Source of the DNA: a virus
DNA: 44,299 nucleotides
Direction: 5' to 3' (one strand)
IMG/VR virus record: IMGVR_UViG_3300029854_000006
Translations under genes and position numbers: made by a program
Notes under the pieces: generated by a model
What the model saw: the letters and a program-made list of their open reading frames with translations, nothing else
The model's database searches: none
Told to the model about the DNA's origin: nothing
Part shown: positions 1 through 7,538 of the stretch, piece by piece
Layout: each line of letters opens with the position of its first letter
Numbering within the stretch: position 1 is the stretch's first letter

Positions 1-99
1 GAGAAAGAGAGGCTGCCCCATGAAAGGATATAGACACCTGACAGAGCATGACAGAAACAAAATTGCAAAGATGAAAAAAGAGGGGGCGACCATGCGGGA
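1..99. repeat. Terminal direct repeat, copy A (99 bp, identical to 44201-44299)
   Basis: Read base by base: gagaaagagaggctgccccatgaaagg...gaccatgcggga occurs at both contig ends. The repeat runs into the 5' end of the transposase ORF. Confidence 0.95.
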
Positions 100-1066
100 G
101 ATCGGGGCGGCCCTCCATGTGAGTGCGGCCACAGTCTGCCGGGAGATAAAGCGCGGGACATATACATACATGAACGCGGATTACATCGAGGTAACCGAGT
201 ATATACCGGAGCGGTCACACCAGAGATACAGGGCCAACATGGAGGCGAAAGGGCCGGGCTTGAAAATTGGAAGCCACCGGGATTATGCAGAAAAACTGGA
301 GGAGCTGATCGTGGATCAAGATTATAGCCCATCCGCCGCCTTGCATGAAATTGAAAATCACCCGGAGATTTACGGGGATTTTGGGATCCGGGTATGCCGC
401 CAAACTTTGTATTCCTATGTGGACAAGAGGATATTTGCGCGACTGACCAACAAGGACCTGCCATTTAAGGGGGCCAGAAGAAAGAAAAAAACACAGCACA
501 TAAGACGAATGAAAACGGCCCCAAAGGGGGACAGCATAGAAAAAAGACCGGAGGAGGTCAACACCCGCCAGGAACCGGGACACTGGGAAATGGATCTTGT
601 AGTGTCGTGCCGAGGCGGTCATAAGTGCCTCCTGGTACTGACCGAGCGGGTAACGAGGCAGGAAATCATGCGGCTGATCCCGGACAAGACCGCAGCCAGC
701 GTGGTGCGGGCCTTGAACACGATAGAACGGAAATACGGAAAACTATTCCCTACTGTGTTTAAGTCAATCACCGTGGACAACGGATCAGAGTTTGCGGACT
801 GCGCGGGCCTGGAGCGGTCCGTGTTAAAAAAGAGGGGGAAGCGCACGAAAATGTACTACTGCCACCCATATTGCAGTAGTGAAAGAGGAAGCAACGAAAA
901 GCAAAACCAGATGATCCGGCGGAAGTTTCCAAAGGGGACAAACTTTGATAAGGTTTCCCCAAATGAGGTAAAAATGGTGGAGGACTGGCTGAACAGATAC
1001 CCCCGCAAGATCCTGGGATGGTACAGCAGCGCGGACATGTTCCGGGCGCTTATCGAGGCCATTTGA
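20..1066 (+). CDS. IS30-family DDE transposase/integrase
   Basis: 348 aa. N-terminal HTH (REIGAALHVSAATVCREIKRG). Catalytic-core blocks HWEMDLV, TVDNGSEF and CHPYCSSERGSNEKQNQMIRRKFPKG are typical of IS30 transposases. Confidence 0.85.
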   Translation: MKGYRHLTEHDRNKIAKMKKEGATMREIGAALHVSAATVCREIKRGTYTYMNADYIEVTEYIPERSHQRYRANMEAKGPGLKIGSHRDYAEKLEELIVDQDYSPSAALHEIENHPEIYGDFGIRVCRQTLYSYVDKRIFARLTNKDLPFKGARRKKKTQHIRRMKTAPKGDSIEKRPEEVNTRQEPGHWEMDLVVSCRGGHKCLLVLTERVTRQEIMRLIPDKTAASVVRALNTIERKYGKLFPTVFKSITVDNGSEFADCAGLERSVLKKRGKRTKMYYCHPYCSSERGSNEKQNQMIRRKFPKGTNFDKVSPNEVKMVEDWLNRYPRKILGWYSSADMFRALIEAI

Positions 1067-1097
1067 AAAAATTTTTACTTTTTGTTACGCTTACCTA

Positions 1098-1126
1098 TTG
1101 ACATTTGCGCGTGAAAATGCTACTAA
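1098..1126 (+). promoter_or_regulatory. Putative sigma-70-type early promoter
   Basis: TTGACA (1098-1103), 17-nt spacer, TACTAA. It lies just upstream of the HTH/DGR-target operon and overlaps the left arm of the transposase terminator. Confidence 0.4.
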
Positions 1127-1170
1127 TAAGAGTAACAAAGCGTAAAGCGTTGTTACTCTTATTTTTTTAT
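1125..1170 (+). terminator. Rho-independent terminator after the transposase gene
   Basis: Perfect 14-bp stem aataagagtaacaa / ttgttactcttatt (1125-1138 / 1150-1163) followed by TTTTTAT. Confidence 0.75.
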
Positions 1171-1193
1171 CGAAAAACGGAGGTGAAAGGAAC

Positions 1194-1454
1194 ATGAACA
1201 ACAAATATTTGGGGCCTGCGGAGCGGCGACTGATCGCAGAGAAGTGGGCCGCCTATGCGTCAGTGCGTGAGATTGCGGATCTGGTAGGCGTGGCACCAAA
1301 GACCATTTATCAGGAACTGCGGCGCGGCGAAAACGGAAAGCTGGACGAAAACAGCCGCCAAGCGTATGACCCGGATCTGGCCCAGCGTCGTTTCCAGGAA
1401 AGCCTCCGACGGCGCGGCAAGTCCCTGAACAGAACGCGGGCGGCCAATGAATGA
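1194..1454 (+). CDS. Stand-alone IS30-type N-terminal HTH domain protein
   Basis: 86 aa. LGPAERRLIAEKWAAYASVREIADLVGVAPKTIYQELRRGE aligns with LTEHDRNKIAKMKKEGATMREIGAALHVSAATVCREIKRGT of the adjacent transposase. RBS ggaggtgaaagg. Confidence 0.7.
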   Translation: MNNKYLGPAERRLIAEKWAAYASVREIADLVGVAPKTIYQELRRGENGKLDENSRQAYDPDLAQRRFQESLRRRGKSLNRTRAANE

Positions 1455-2134
1455 GTGACCCAACCGCCATAGAGGCGGACAAAGTAAAGGAGGAAATGAC
1501 AATGGCAACCATCATCAAGCAGACGAAAGAGGAAATCAACTGGGCGGAGATCGCCAGGGCCAGGGAGCTGGGCGCACTGGACAAACTGCTGGCGGAGCGG
1601 GATGTGATCCGCTTCAACCTGCGGAGCGGCGCAGAGGCGGCCATCATGGTGGAAAAGGTGGAACCGGGCCGGGCCTGGATGGGATTTGTGGACGGCGTGG
1701 CAGAGCGGCCCATGTATAACCGCCTGGCGCGTCCTGTGTCCTGGAAAGAGAGCGACGCCCGGAAATGGTGCAACACCGATCTGATCCAGGATCTCCCGGA
1801 GGATCTGGTGTCCATCATCACCCACCGCACCATCCGCCAGACCATCAAGGGCGAGGAGCTGGTGACCACGGATCTGCTGTGGCTGCACAGCGTAACGGAG
1901 TTTTTTGGGCGAAAGCCCTGGGCAGATGGGGACGATCCAACGGAGGAGCAACTGCCGGTCTACAAGACCGAGCGGGACCGCGTGAAGATGTGGAACGGGG
2001 AAACCTGGCCGCACCACACCCGTTCCGCCAATGCGGGCACCAGCTACTATTTCTGCCGTGTCAACACGGACGGCACGCCCGGCAACTACTACGCGGACAT
2101 TTCAAGGGCGCTTGCCCCCGGCTTTTGGATCTAA
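1451..2134 (+). CDS. DGR target protein 2 (C-terminal variable region; CLec/DUF6273-like fold inferred)
   Basis: ATGA overlap with the upstream ORF; alternative start at 1502 with an AAGGAGG RBS. The C-terminus HTRSANAGTSYYFCRVNTDGTPGNYYADISRALAPGFWI matches the TR-encoded peptide. Confidence 0.85.
   Translation: MSDPTAIEADKVKEEMTMATIIKQTKEEINWAEIARARELGALDKLLAERDVIRFNLRSGAEAAIMVEKVEPGRAWMGFVDGVAERPMYNRLARPVSWKESDARKWCNTDLIQDLPEDLVSIITHRTIRQTIKGEELVTTDLLWLHSVTEFFGRKPWADGDDPTEEQLPVYKTERDRVKMWNGETWPHHTRSANAGTSYYFCRVNTDGTPGNYYADISRALAPGFWI
2018..2126 (+). repeat. DGR variable repeat VR2
   Basis: Gap-free alignment to TR 37588-37696. There are 10 mismatches, 9 at TR adenines and 1 T->G (TR 37628 / 2058). 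Confidence 0.9.
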
Positions 2135-2158
2135 TCGGCGGAGCGTATCAACGGAAAT

Positions 2159-2178
2159 CCAGCCCCCGCAAGGGGCGG
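2159..2178 (+). promoter_or_regulatory. GC hairpin with GCAA tetraloop downstream of VR2 (putative DGR target-recognition hairpin)
   Basis: Core cccc-gcaa-gggg at 2164-2175, extendable with two bulges to 2159-2178. It sits 37 nt after the VR2 end, as the hairpin does after VR1. Confidence 0.5.
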
Positions 2179-2193
2179 AGAAAGGAACCGGAC

Positions 2194-2511
2194 ATGGCAG
2201 AGAAAAAGGTAATCAAAGGGCGCGGGATTGCCAGGAAGCTCATAGAGGAGCAGAACGAGAAAATGAGGCGCTTATTGATCAAATTGGAGGCGGAGGAAGC
2301 CAAGAGGGCGGCGGCGGACGCCGAAAGGGAGCAAAAAGAAATCCGGGCCGCCGTGGAAGAGGCCAAGGAGTTCCGGGGCAACCTGGAGCGGGCGGGAATT
2401 TCATACACCACACTGCTGCACCTTGTAGAATTGCAAGAAAGCGTGAGCGACCTGGCCCATAATATGCTCCTGGGATATGAACAAGGGGAGGGCTGGCCGG
2501 ATGGGACCTGA
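2194..2511 (+). CDS. Hypothetical coiled-coil protein
   Basis: Internal ATG of track ORF 1765-2511, preceded by ggagaaagg. MAEKKVIKGRG... is charged and helical. The upstream part of the ORF overlaps VR2 in another frame. Confidence 0.6.
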   Translation: MAEKKVIKGRGIARKLIEEQNEKMRRLLIKLEAEEAKRAAADAEREQKEIRAAVEEAKEFRGNLERAGISYTTLLHLVELQESVSDLAHNMLLGYEQGEGWPDGT

Positions 2512-2896
2512 CGGGAAAGACACCGCCCAGGCGGCGGTATACATAGACGGCCAGCCGGTGCAATACGCCGGAGAAATCACCCTGCCGGAGCAAGTGGAGC
2601 GCCCGGCGCCGCCCCTACTTTCGTCAATGGGTTTTACGATGGAGCAGGCCAATGAGGCGGCCCGCTATCTGGCGGAAGCGTTCCGCATTTTCTGTGACCA
2701 ACTGGCGGAGGCCGCCAGAGCGGTGGCAGACACATGGAGTGCCATCATGGAGGCGGAGGCGTTCCGAAAAGCCCTGCGGTGGGCGGAGGCGGCCAACAGG
2801 CCGCTGGCCGCCCGCTACCACCGCACCAAAAAGAAGCGGATCCGCAAGAAGTACGCCAAGCGGATCCTGGCCTGGTATCGGGAGGAGATCCTGTAA
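2501..2896 (+). CDS. Hypothetical protein
   Basis: Track ORF 2477-2896. The ATG at 2501 has better RBS spacing (aaggggaggg). Basic C-terminus. Confidence 0.55.
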   Translation: MGPDGKDTAQAAVYIDGQPVQYAGEITLPEQVERPAPPLLSSMGFTMEQANEAARYLAEAFRIFCDQLAEAARAVADTWSAIMEAEAFRKALRWAEAANRPLAARYHRTKKKRIRKKYAKRILAWYREEIL

Positions 2897-3261
2897 TGCT
2901 GCGATTAAAAGCGAATAAAACCGCCCTGTACAAGCTGGTGGCGGATTATGTGGACAACCTCCCGCCCATGCGGAGCGGGACAGAGTTCATTAAATACCCG
3001 CGCACACCGGACTACGCCCTGAACTGGATCACCCCGGAATGGAACACGGCCCACGCCTTTTTCTCCACCTGTATGGGCCGCCCCCTCCTATCCATTGAGA
3101 TCCGGGACGGAGAAACCGGAAAGGCGGCGAGCCGCACCACCTATTCCCTGACCATCCGGGATCTCCGGGAGCGGGGCATGGTGGAGGAGTTCGTGACGGC
3201 GGCGGAGCGCCGGCGGATAGAAAGGAGTGCCGACAATGGCGGACTTTCTCCCGCTACCTGA
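2896..3261 (+). CDS. Hypothetical protein
   Basis: ATG at 2896 overlaps the upstream stop (TAATG). In-frame part of track ORF 2734-3261. Confidence 0.55.
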   Translation: MLRLKANKTALYKLVADYVDNLPPMRSGTEFIKYPRTPDYALNWITPEWNTAHAFFSTCMGRPLLSIEIRDGETGKAASRTTYSLTIRDLRERGMVEEFVTAAERRRIERSADNGGLSPAT

Positions 3262-3820
3262 AAAGGAATACAGCGTAATTTATGCGGATCCCCCATGGGA
3301 GTACCGCCAGCACGGGACCACGGAAAAGAGCCGGGGCACGGCGCTGAAACAGTACCCAACCATGACCACCGCGGATATATGCGATCTGCCGGTGCGGAAA
3401 GTCTGCGGGGGGGCAGTCTGTTTTCTATGGGCGACTTTCCCAAACATTGCCGAGGGGATCAGGGTCCTGGAGGCGTGGGGGTTTCAGTACAAGACCGCGG
3501 CCTTTGTGTGGGTGAAGAAAAACGCCAAGAGCGGCACCAACTTTTGGGGCATGGGCGCCTACACCCGCGCCAACGCGGAGGTGTGCCTGCTGGGTGTTTC
3601 ACCTGGGTTTAAGGCAAAGGAGAGGATCCGCAGCCACAAGGTACACCAGATCATTGAGGCCCCGTTTGAGGGGCACAGCAAAAAGCCGGACGAAACCCGC
3701 CGGCGGATCGTGGAGCTGCTGGGGGATGTGCCCCGCCTGGAAATGTTCGCCCGCCAGAGGGCGGAGGGCTGGGACGCCTGGGGAAATGAAGCGCCGGAAG
3801 ATATGCAAGGAGGATCGTAA
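3236..3820 (+). CDS. MT-A70 family N6-adenine DNA methyltransferase
   Basis: DPPW motif (VIYADPPWEY) near the N-terminus. The ~195-aa size and layout are typical of phage MT-A70/Dam-like enzymes. RBS aaaggag is 8 nt upstream. Confidence 0.8.
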   Translation: MADFLPLPEKEYSVIYADPPWEYRQHGTTEKSRGTALKQYPTMTTADICDLPVRKVCGGAVCFLWATFPNIAEGIRVLEAWGFQYKTAAFVWVKKNAKSGTNFWGMGAYTRANAEVCLLGVSPGFKAKERIRSHKVHQIIEAPFEGHSKKPDETRRRIVELLGDVPRLEMFARQRAEGWDAWGNEAPEDMQGGS

Positions 3821-4104
3821 TGCCGTATATATTCAGGGTCATTAAAGTGGGACAGAAAGCCGACGCACCGCATGGAGCGCGGCTAAATACAACCTGGAAG
3901 AACGACAAGCAGAAGCAGATTTTTGAAGCGGTGGAAGATTGCATTTTAGACACCGCAAAGCGCCTGAAAGCGGGAGAGCCTGTCAATGCGGATGGACTTC
4001 AAGCCTTATTTGATGGGGTGCGGATCATTCACCACATGCGGAACATGGACCGGGAGGCATTGCGGGATATGATCCAGTTTTCAAACAAGGAGGAGGACGC
4101 ATGA
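3820..4104 (+). CDS. Hypothetical protein
   Basis: 94-aa ORF with TAATG overlap and RBS caaggagga. Confidence 0.55.
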   Translation: MPYIFRVIKVGQKADAPHGARLNTTWKNDKQKQIFEAVEDCILDTAKRLKAGEPVNADGLQALFDGVRIIHHMRNMDREALRDMIQFSNKEEDA

Positions 4105-4319
4105 GCAAAGAAAGAGGACGGCCCGCCCGCCTGGAGGTGGGGATGGAAGTTGTCCGGATCCCGCAATCCCTCTATGAAGCAGACAGAAAAGGAAAGGGTG
4201 AACGCAGGCCCATGCGGGGCCGTGTCGTGTATATCCACCCGCGGGGCCTGTTCCATACAGTGGAATTTCAGACACGCGGCGGAACGGTAAAGGAGAGTTT
4301 TCAGGGGATGGAGGTATAG
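4101..4319 (+). CDS. Hypothetical protein
   Basis: 72-aa ORF with ATGA overlap and RBS aaggaggagg. Confidence 0.55.
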   Translation: MSKERGRPARLEVGMEVVRIPQSLYEADRKGKGERRPMRGRVVYIHPRGLFHTVEFQTRGGTVKESFQGMEV

Positions 4320-4321
4320 CC

Positions 4322-4963
4322 GTGAATTTTTTGGAAATGAACGGACTGCAAACGGCGCAGACCCATTTCAAGGACATTTTTCGGGACAACATCCACCGGG
4401 ACTATGCGGACGCCATGCTGGACTGGCTGGAGCGGGAAACGGACTTTTTCACGGCCCCGTCCTCCACGAAGTACCACGGGGCACACCCCGGCGGCCTGCT
4501 TGTACATAGCCTGAATGTGTATTACCGCCTGCGGGATATTGCAATCCGCGATTTGGCGGACAAGGAGGATCCGGGAAAACACCGCCTTTCGGAAGAACAG
4601 GAGGAAACGGTGGCGATCATTGCCCTGCTGCATGATGTGTGCAAGGTGGAGTGCTACCGTCTGGAAACGAAGCGGAGGAAGAACCCGGAAACTGGCCGCT
4701 GGGAGGATTACGAGGGATATACATACAAGGACCCCATGCCGCTGGGGCATGGAGAGAAAAGCCTGTACCTGATCCAGCGACACATGGACCTGCTGCCGGA
4801 GGAGGCCCTGGCGATCCGGTGGCACATGGGCGCCTATGACAACGCAGCAAAAGCGGACCAACGCGCACTTTCTGCGGCCATGGTGGCCTCTCCGTGGGTT
4901 TGGAGACTGCAAGAGGCAGACATGTGCGCCGCGTGGATCGACGAACGGGAGACACAGGAATGA
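4322..4963 (+). CDS. HD-domain metal-dependent phosphohydrolase
   Basis: H...HD signature (YHGAHPGGLLVHS...ALLHDVCK) plus a later GHGEKS and RWHMG. GTG start with a ggaggt RBS. Confidence 0.7.
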   Translation: MNFLEMNGLQTAQTHFKDIFRDNIHRDYADAMLDWLERETDFFTAPSSTKYHGAHPGGLLVHSLNVYYRLRDIAIRDLADKEDPGKHRLSEEQEETVAIIALLHDVCKVECYRLETKRRKNPETGRWEDYEGYTYKDPMPLGHGEKSLYLIQRHMDLLPEEALAIRWHMGAYDNAAKADQRALSAAMVASPWVWRLQEADMCAAWIDERETQE

Positions 4964-5142
4964 AAAAGACCTTGTGCAAACCATGTGCCATTGCCCTGGA
5001 GGAAAAGGGAAAGACGGTAAAACCTGCCGGCGGGCGGTGCGAGAAAATCACATGCGCAGAGTGTGGCCGCCGTCGTTTCGGTATCGCTTATGAGGTGACC
5101 GGCTGGCCGCGCCGCGTGAAAAAGGAGGACAAGCAGACATGA
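4960..5142 (+). CDS. Small zinc-ribbon-like protein
   Basis: 60 aa with CKPC...CAEC pairs. ATGA overlap with the upstream gene. Confidence 0.5.
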   Translation: MKKTLCKPCAIALEEKGKTVKPAGGRCEKITCAECGRRRFGIAYEVTGWPRRVKKEDKQT

Positions 5143-6053
5143 GCCAGAGAAAGGCCAAGGAATACCGCCAGGCCATGGAGCAGTACCGGGGCGTGGCGGA
5201 AGATGTGGACGATCTGAAACGCCGGATCGGAGCCATGGAAGCCCGCCACCGCCGGGAGGACCAGATGGAGGAGATCCGCCGCAGGCAGGCCAGACGGGAG
5301 GCAGAGAGGCGGGCCGCCATCAGAGAGGAACAACGGGAATGTATGCGGAGGGCCAACGCAGAGAAGCGGCGGCGGAAGATTGCCAGACAGCGGATCGCCG
5401 TCCTGATCATAGGGGCGCTGGTGGTGATCCTGCTGGCGGCGCTGATCATCAAGGAAATGCTGACGGACACCGCAGCGGCAGAGGAGCCGGAGATCATGAA
5501 CGCCTCCCTCGTCACCGTTCTGACGCCATCCAATGCCCCGTGGAATGGTGAGGGCGAGGACCCGATGGAGGCGGAGAAGATCGAGGAGGCCCTGCTGGCC
5601 TCCGGGTATTTTTCCCTGGCGGTGCCCATGAGCTACGAATACCAGGACTATATGCGGACCTACTGCGCGGAATATAAGTGCCCCTATCCCCTGGCCCTGG
5701 CCGTTGCGGAAACAGAAACCAATTTTGATATGGAGGCCGTGGGCGCCGCTGGTGAGGTGGGGATCATGCAGTTAAACCCAGGGCCGAGCGGGTCCTATCA
5801 CGCGGAGCTGGAGGAGGCCACAGGGATGGACCCCGCCACCCCGTCCGGGAATATCGCTGCCGGGTGCTACCTGCTGGGAAAGTACATGGAGGATTATGGG
5901 GACCCGCACAAGGCCGCCATGGCCTACAACATGGGAGTGTCCGGGGCGAGAAACGCCTGGGAGGCTGGGATCACATCCACAGAATACTCCACAGCCGTGG
6001 TGGAGGCCATGAAGCGGTGGGAGGTCACGGTGAACGCATGGAATGGGATTTGA
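5139..6053 (+). CDS. Membrane-anchored lytic transglycosylase (SLT domain)
   Basis: N-terminal Arg/Glu coiled coil, one TM (IAVLIIGALVVILLAALII), then SLT motifs AVAETETNF, GIMQLNP and AMAYNMG. Confidence 0.8.
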   Translation: MSQRKAKEYRQAMEQYRGVAEDVDDLKRRIGAMEARHRREDQMEEIRRRQARREAERRAAIREEQRECMRRANAEKRRRKIARQRIAVLIIGALVVILLAALIIKEMLTDTAAAEEPEIMNASLVTVLTPSNAPWNGEGEDPMEAEKIEEALLASGYFSLAVPMSYEYQDYMRTYCAEYKCPYPLALAVAETETNFDMEAVGAAGEVGIMQLNPGPSGSYHAELEEATGMDPATPSGNIAAGCYLLGKYMEDYGDPHKAAMAYNMGVSGARNAWEAGITSTEYSTAVVEAMKRWEVTVNAWNGI

Positions 6054-6295
6054 GCCGGGAGGCAACGCACAACGGGGCGGCCAGGAGGGCAAGGATCCAC
6101 CGCTGGCGAGTTCCTGGCCGCTCCAGGGTGGTCCACCCTGCCCACGGATCCGTGGTGGTCCCACACGCCTCCAATCTGGCGGCAGTTATGAACGCGGCGG
6201 AGGTGTGGGGCTGCGACTGGGCGGAGATCCTGGACGCGCAGGTGTGGGCGGCGCCGGGGGAAAAGGCGGTCCCTATGCCTACATTATATAAATAA
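6038..6295 (+). CDS. Hypothetical protein
   Basis: Internal ATG of track ORF 5864-6295. It fills the gap before 6309. No clear RBS. Confidence 0.35.
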   Translation: MEWDLSREATHNGAARRARIHRWRVPGRSRVVHPAHGSVVVPHASNLAAVMNAAEVWGCDWAEILDAQVWAAPGEKAVPMPTLYK

Positions 6296-6308
6296 AGGAG
6301 GCGGAGAA

Positions 6309-6887
6309 ATGCTGATCAATGAAAGCGGCCTGGTGCGCTGTATCAAGCGGGCTTATAAATCCGCTGGGTATGCAGTGGCCACAGAGGGCGATTGCATGAC
6401 GATCTACACAGAACAATGGTATATCCAATGCAAGCGGGCGGCCATCCCCCGCAAGGTGCTGGCCACTATCGTGGAACACATGGGGATGATCCCGGACACA
6501 GAGCCTGTGTCCATCGTAAAGGACGGAGAACCACAGCTAATTATGCCAGATGTGGCGGCGGATGAAATAGCACACTGGAGGACCGGGGAGCGCACTGACG
6601 CGGTGACCATGGCAACGGTGATCATGCAGGGCTACCAGATTTTCCAGCCGGATGGTGGCGGGGCCTGCTACGGGGTGAGCCTGCTTGACCTGGCGATCAT
6701 GGAGCGGGACATGGTGGAGCATGGAGCCGCTGCTGTGATCGACGGGGACCGCCTGCTGTGGCACGGGGACACCGAGGTGGTGGCCATGAACGCAGTAAGA
6801 AAGGCCCGGTCAAGCTGGGCCAAGGAATGGGAGCGGGCCGTGTGGAACGCCCTGGAGGGCGTGGATCTGCACAAAGAGGAGGCATGA
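6309..6887 (+). CDS. Hypothetical protein
   Basis: 192-aa ORF with RBS aaaggaggcgg. Confidence 0.6.
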   Translation: MLINESGLVRCIKRAYKSAGYAVATEGDCMTIYTEQWYIQCKRAAIPRKVLATIVEHMGMIPDTEPVSIVKDGEPQLIMPDVAADEIAHWRTGERTDAVTMATVIMQGYQIFQPDGGGACYGVSLLDLAIMERDMVEHGAAAVIDGDRLLWHGDTEVVAMNAVRKARSSWAKEWERAVWNALEGVDLHKEEA

Positions 6888-7102
6888 CCATGGGAAAGAC
6901 GAATTTTGACCGGATCACTGCCTCCCCGGAGGCACTGGCCGCTTTCCTGGCCTCCCTCCCCTGCCTGGACGCGCCATGGGATGACGCTTTCCACCGTCAT
7001 TTCTGCGACAACTGCCCCATGGAGGACTGCCCCAAGGTATGCCCCAACGAGGAAAAAAGAAACAGCCCCGCGTGGTGGCTGGGGCTGGAGGTATCAGAGT
7101 AA
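6884..7102 (+). CDS. Small Cys-rich hypothetical protein
   Basis: 72 aa with ATGA overlap. CDNCPMEDCPKVC motif. Confidence 0.5.
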   Translation: MTMGKTNFDRITASPEALAAFLASLPCLDAPWDDAFHRHFCDNCPMEDCPKVCPNEEKRNSPAWWLGLEVSE

Positions 7103-7335
7103 TGGAAGTAAATGTAAACATGAGCGCCGAGGAGTTCCTGGAGTTCATGGCCTGGAAAAGGGACCGAGAGCAATACAACAATGAAATGGCAGCCAGGGCC
7201 GAGAAAATGAAACTGCTGGCCAAGAAAACGTGCTGGGCCATAGAGAAAGACCCGAAGCGGCCCGGCAAGGTCAAGATCGTGGATCAGGAACACGCGGCGG
7301 AGCTGCTGGAGCTGGCCAATGATTACCTATCATAA
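7102..7335 (+). CDS. Hypothetical protein
   Basis: 77 aa. The ATG overlaps the upstream TAA. Confidence 0.5.
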   Translation: MEVNVNMSAEEFLEFMAWKRDREQYNNEMAARAEKMKLLAKKTCWAIEKDPKRPGKVKIVDQEHAAELLELANDYLS

Positions 7336-7343
7336 AAAGAAAA

Positions 7344-7499
7344 CCACCTGCGCCCGGTGCTGACAACACGGCGCAGGTGGACAGATACGAGGCGGCGCGG
7401 AGGCCGTCCTGGATAGTTGCATTATAGCATACTCCCGGACGGCCTGCAAGCCGCAAAATTCAACGGGGCCGCGGCCCCGTATAGCTCCGGTAAGAGCTA
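7344..7499 (+). promoter_or_regulatory. Hairpin/palindrome-rich non-coding region (putative replication origin for the downstream Rep)
   Basis: 11-bp stem ccacctgcgcc/ggcgcaggtgg (7344-7380), 9-bp stem aggccgtcc/ggacggcct (7401-7445), 18-bp perfect palindrome acggggccgcggccccgt (7463-7480), and tatagcat repeated at 7423 and 7533. Confidence 0.4.
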
Positions 7500-7538
7500 T
7501 TAGTAAAGTGACCAGCAGGCCCAAAGGAGGAGTATAGC

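Noticed and set aside
1-99. The 99-bp end repeat as a biological LTR, att site or phage direct terminal repeat.
   Set aside because: It begins and ends at arbitrary points inside and upstream of the transposase ORF. It has no associated packaging signals. The cos-like features lie about 15 kb away. Assembly closure of a circular or concatemeric template is the simpler explanation, though it is unproven without reads.
1-1200. IS30 terminal inverted repeats and target duplication that would define an independent insertion sequence.
   Set aside because: I compared 44150-44200 plus 1-19 with the reverse complement of 1067-1190 by eye. The only resemblance was weak (cgcatatca versus cgcaaatgtca). 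I cannot call IS boundaries from this window, so the element is reported as a gene and not as a delimited IS.
1765-2193. The N-terminal 143 aa of track ORF 1765-2511, overlapping DGR target 2.
   Set aside because: This stretch is Gly/His/Pro/Arg-rich, lies out of frame over a supported gene and VR2, and has no RBS. The real gene most likely starts at ATG 2194 behind ggagaaagg.
7344-7380. The 11-bp-stem hairpin after ORF 7102-7335 as a + strand intrinsic terminator.
   Set aside because: It is followed by acagatacg on the + strand, with no U-tract. The T-rich run is on the wrong side. I treat it as part of the candidate origin or regulatory region instead.
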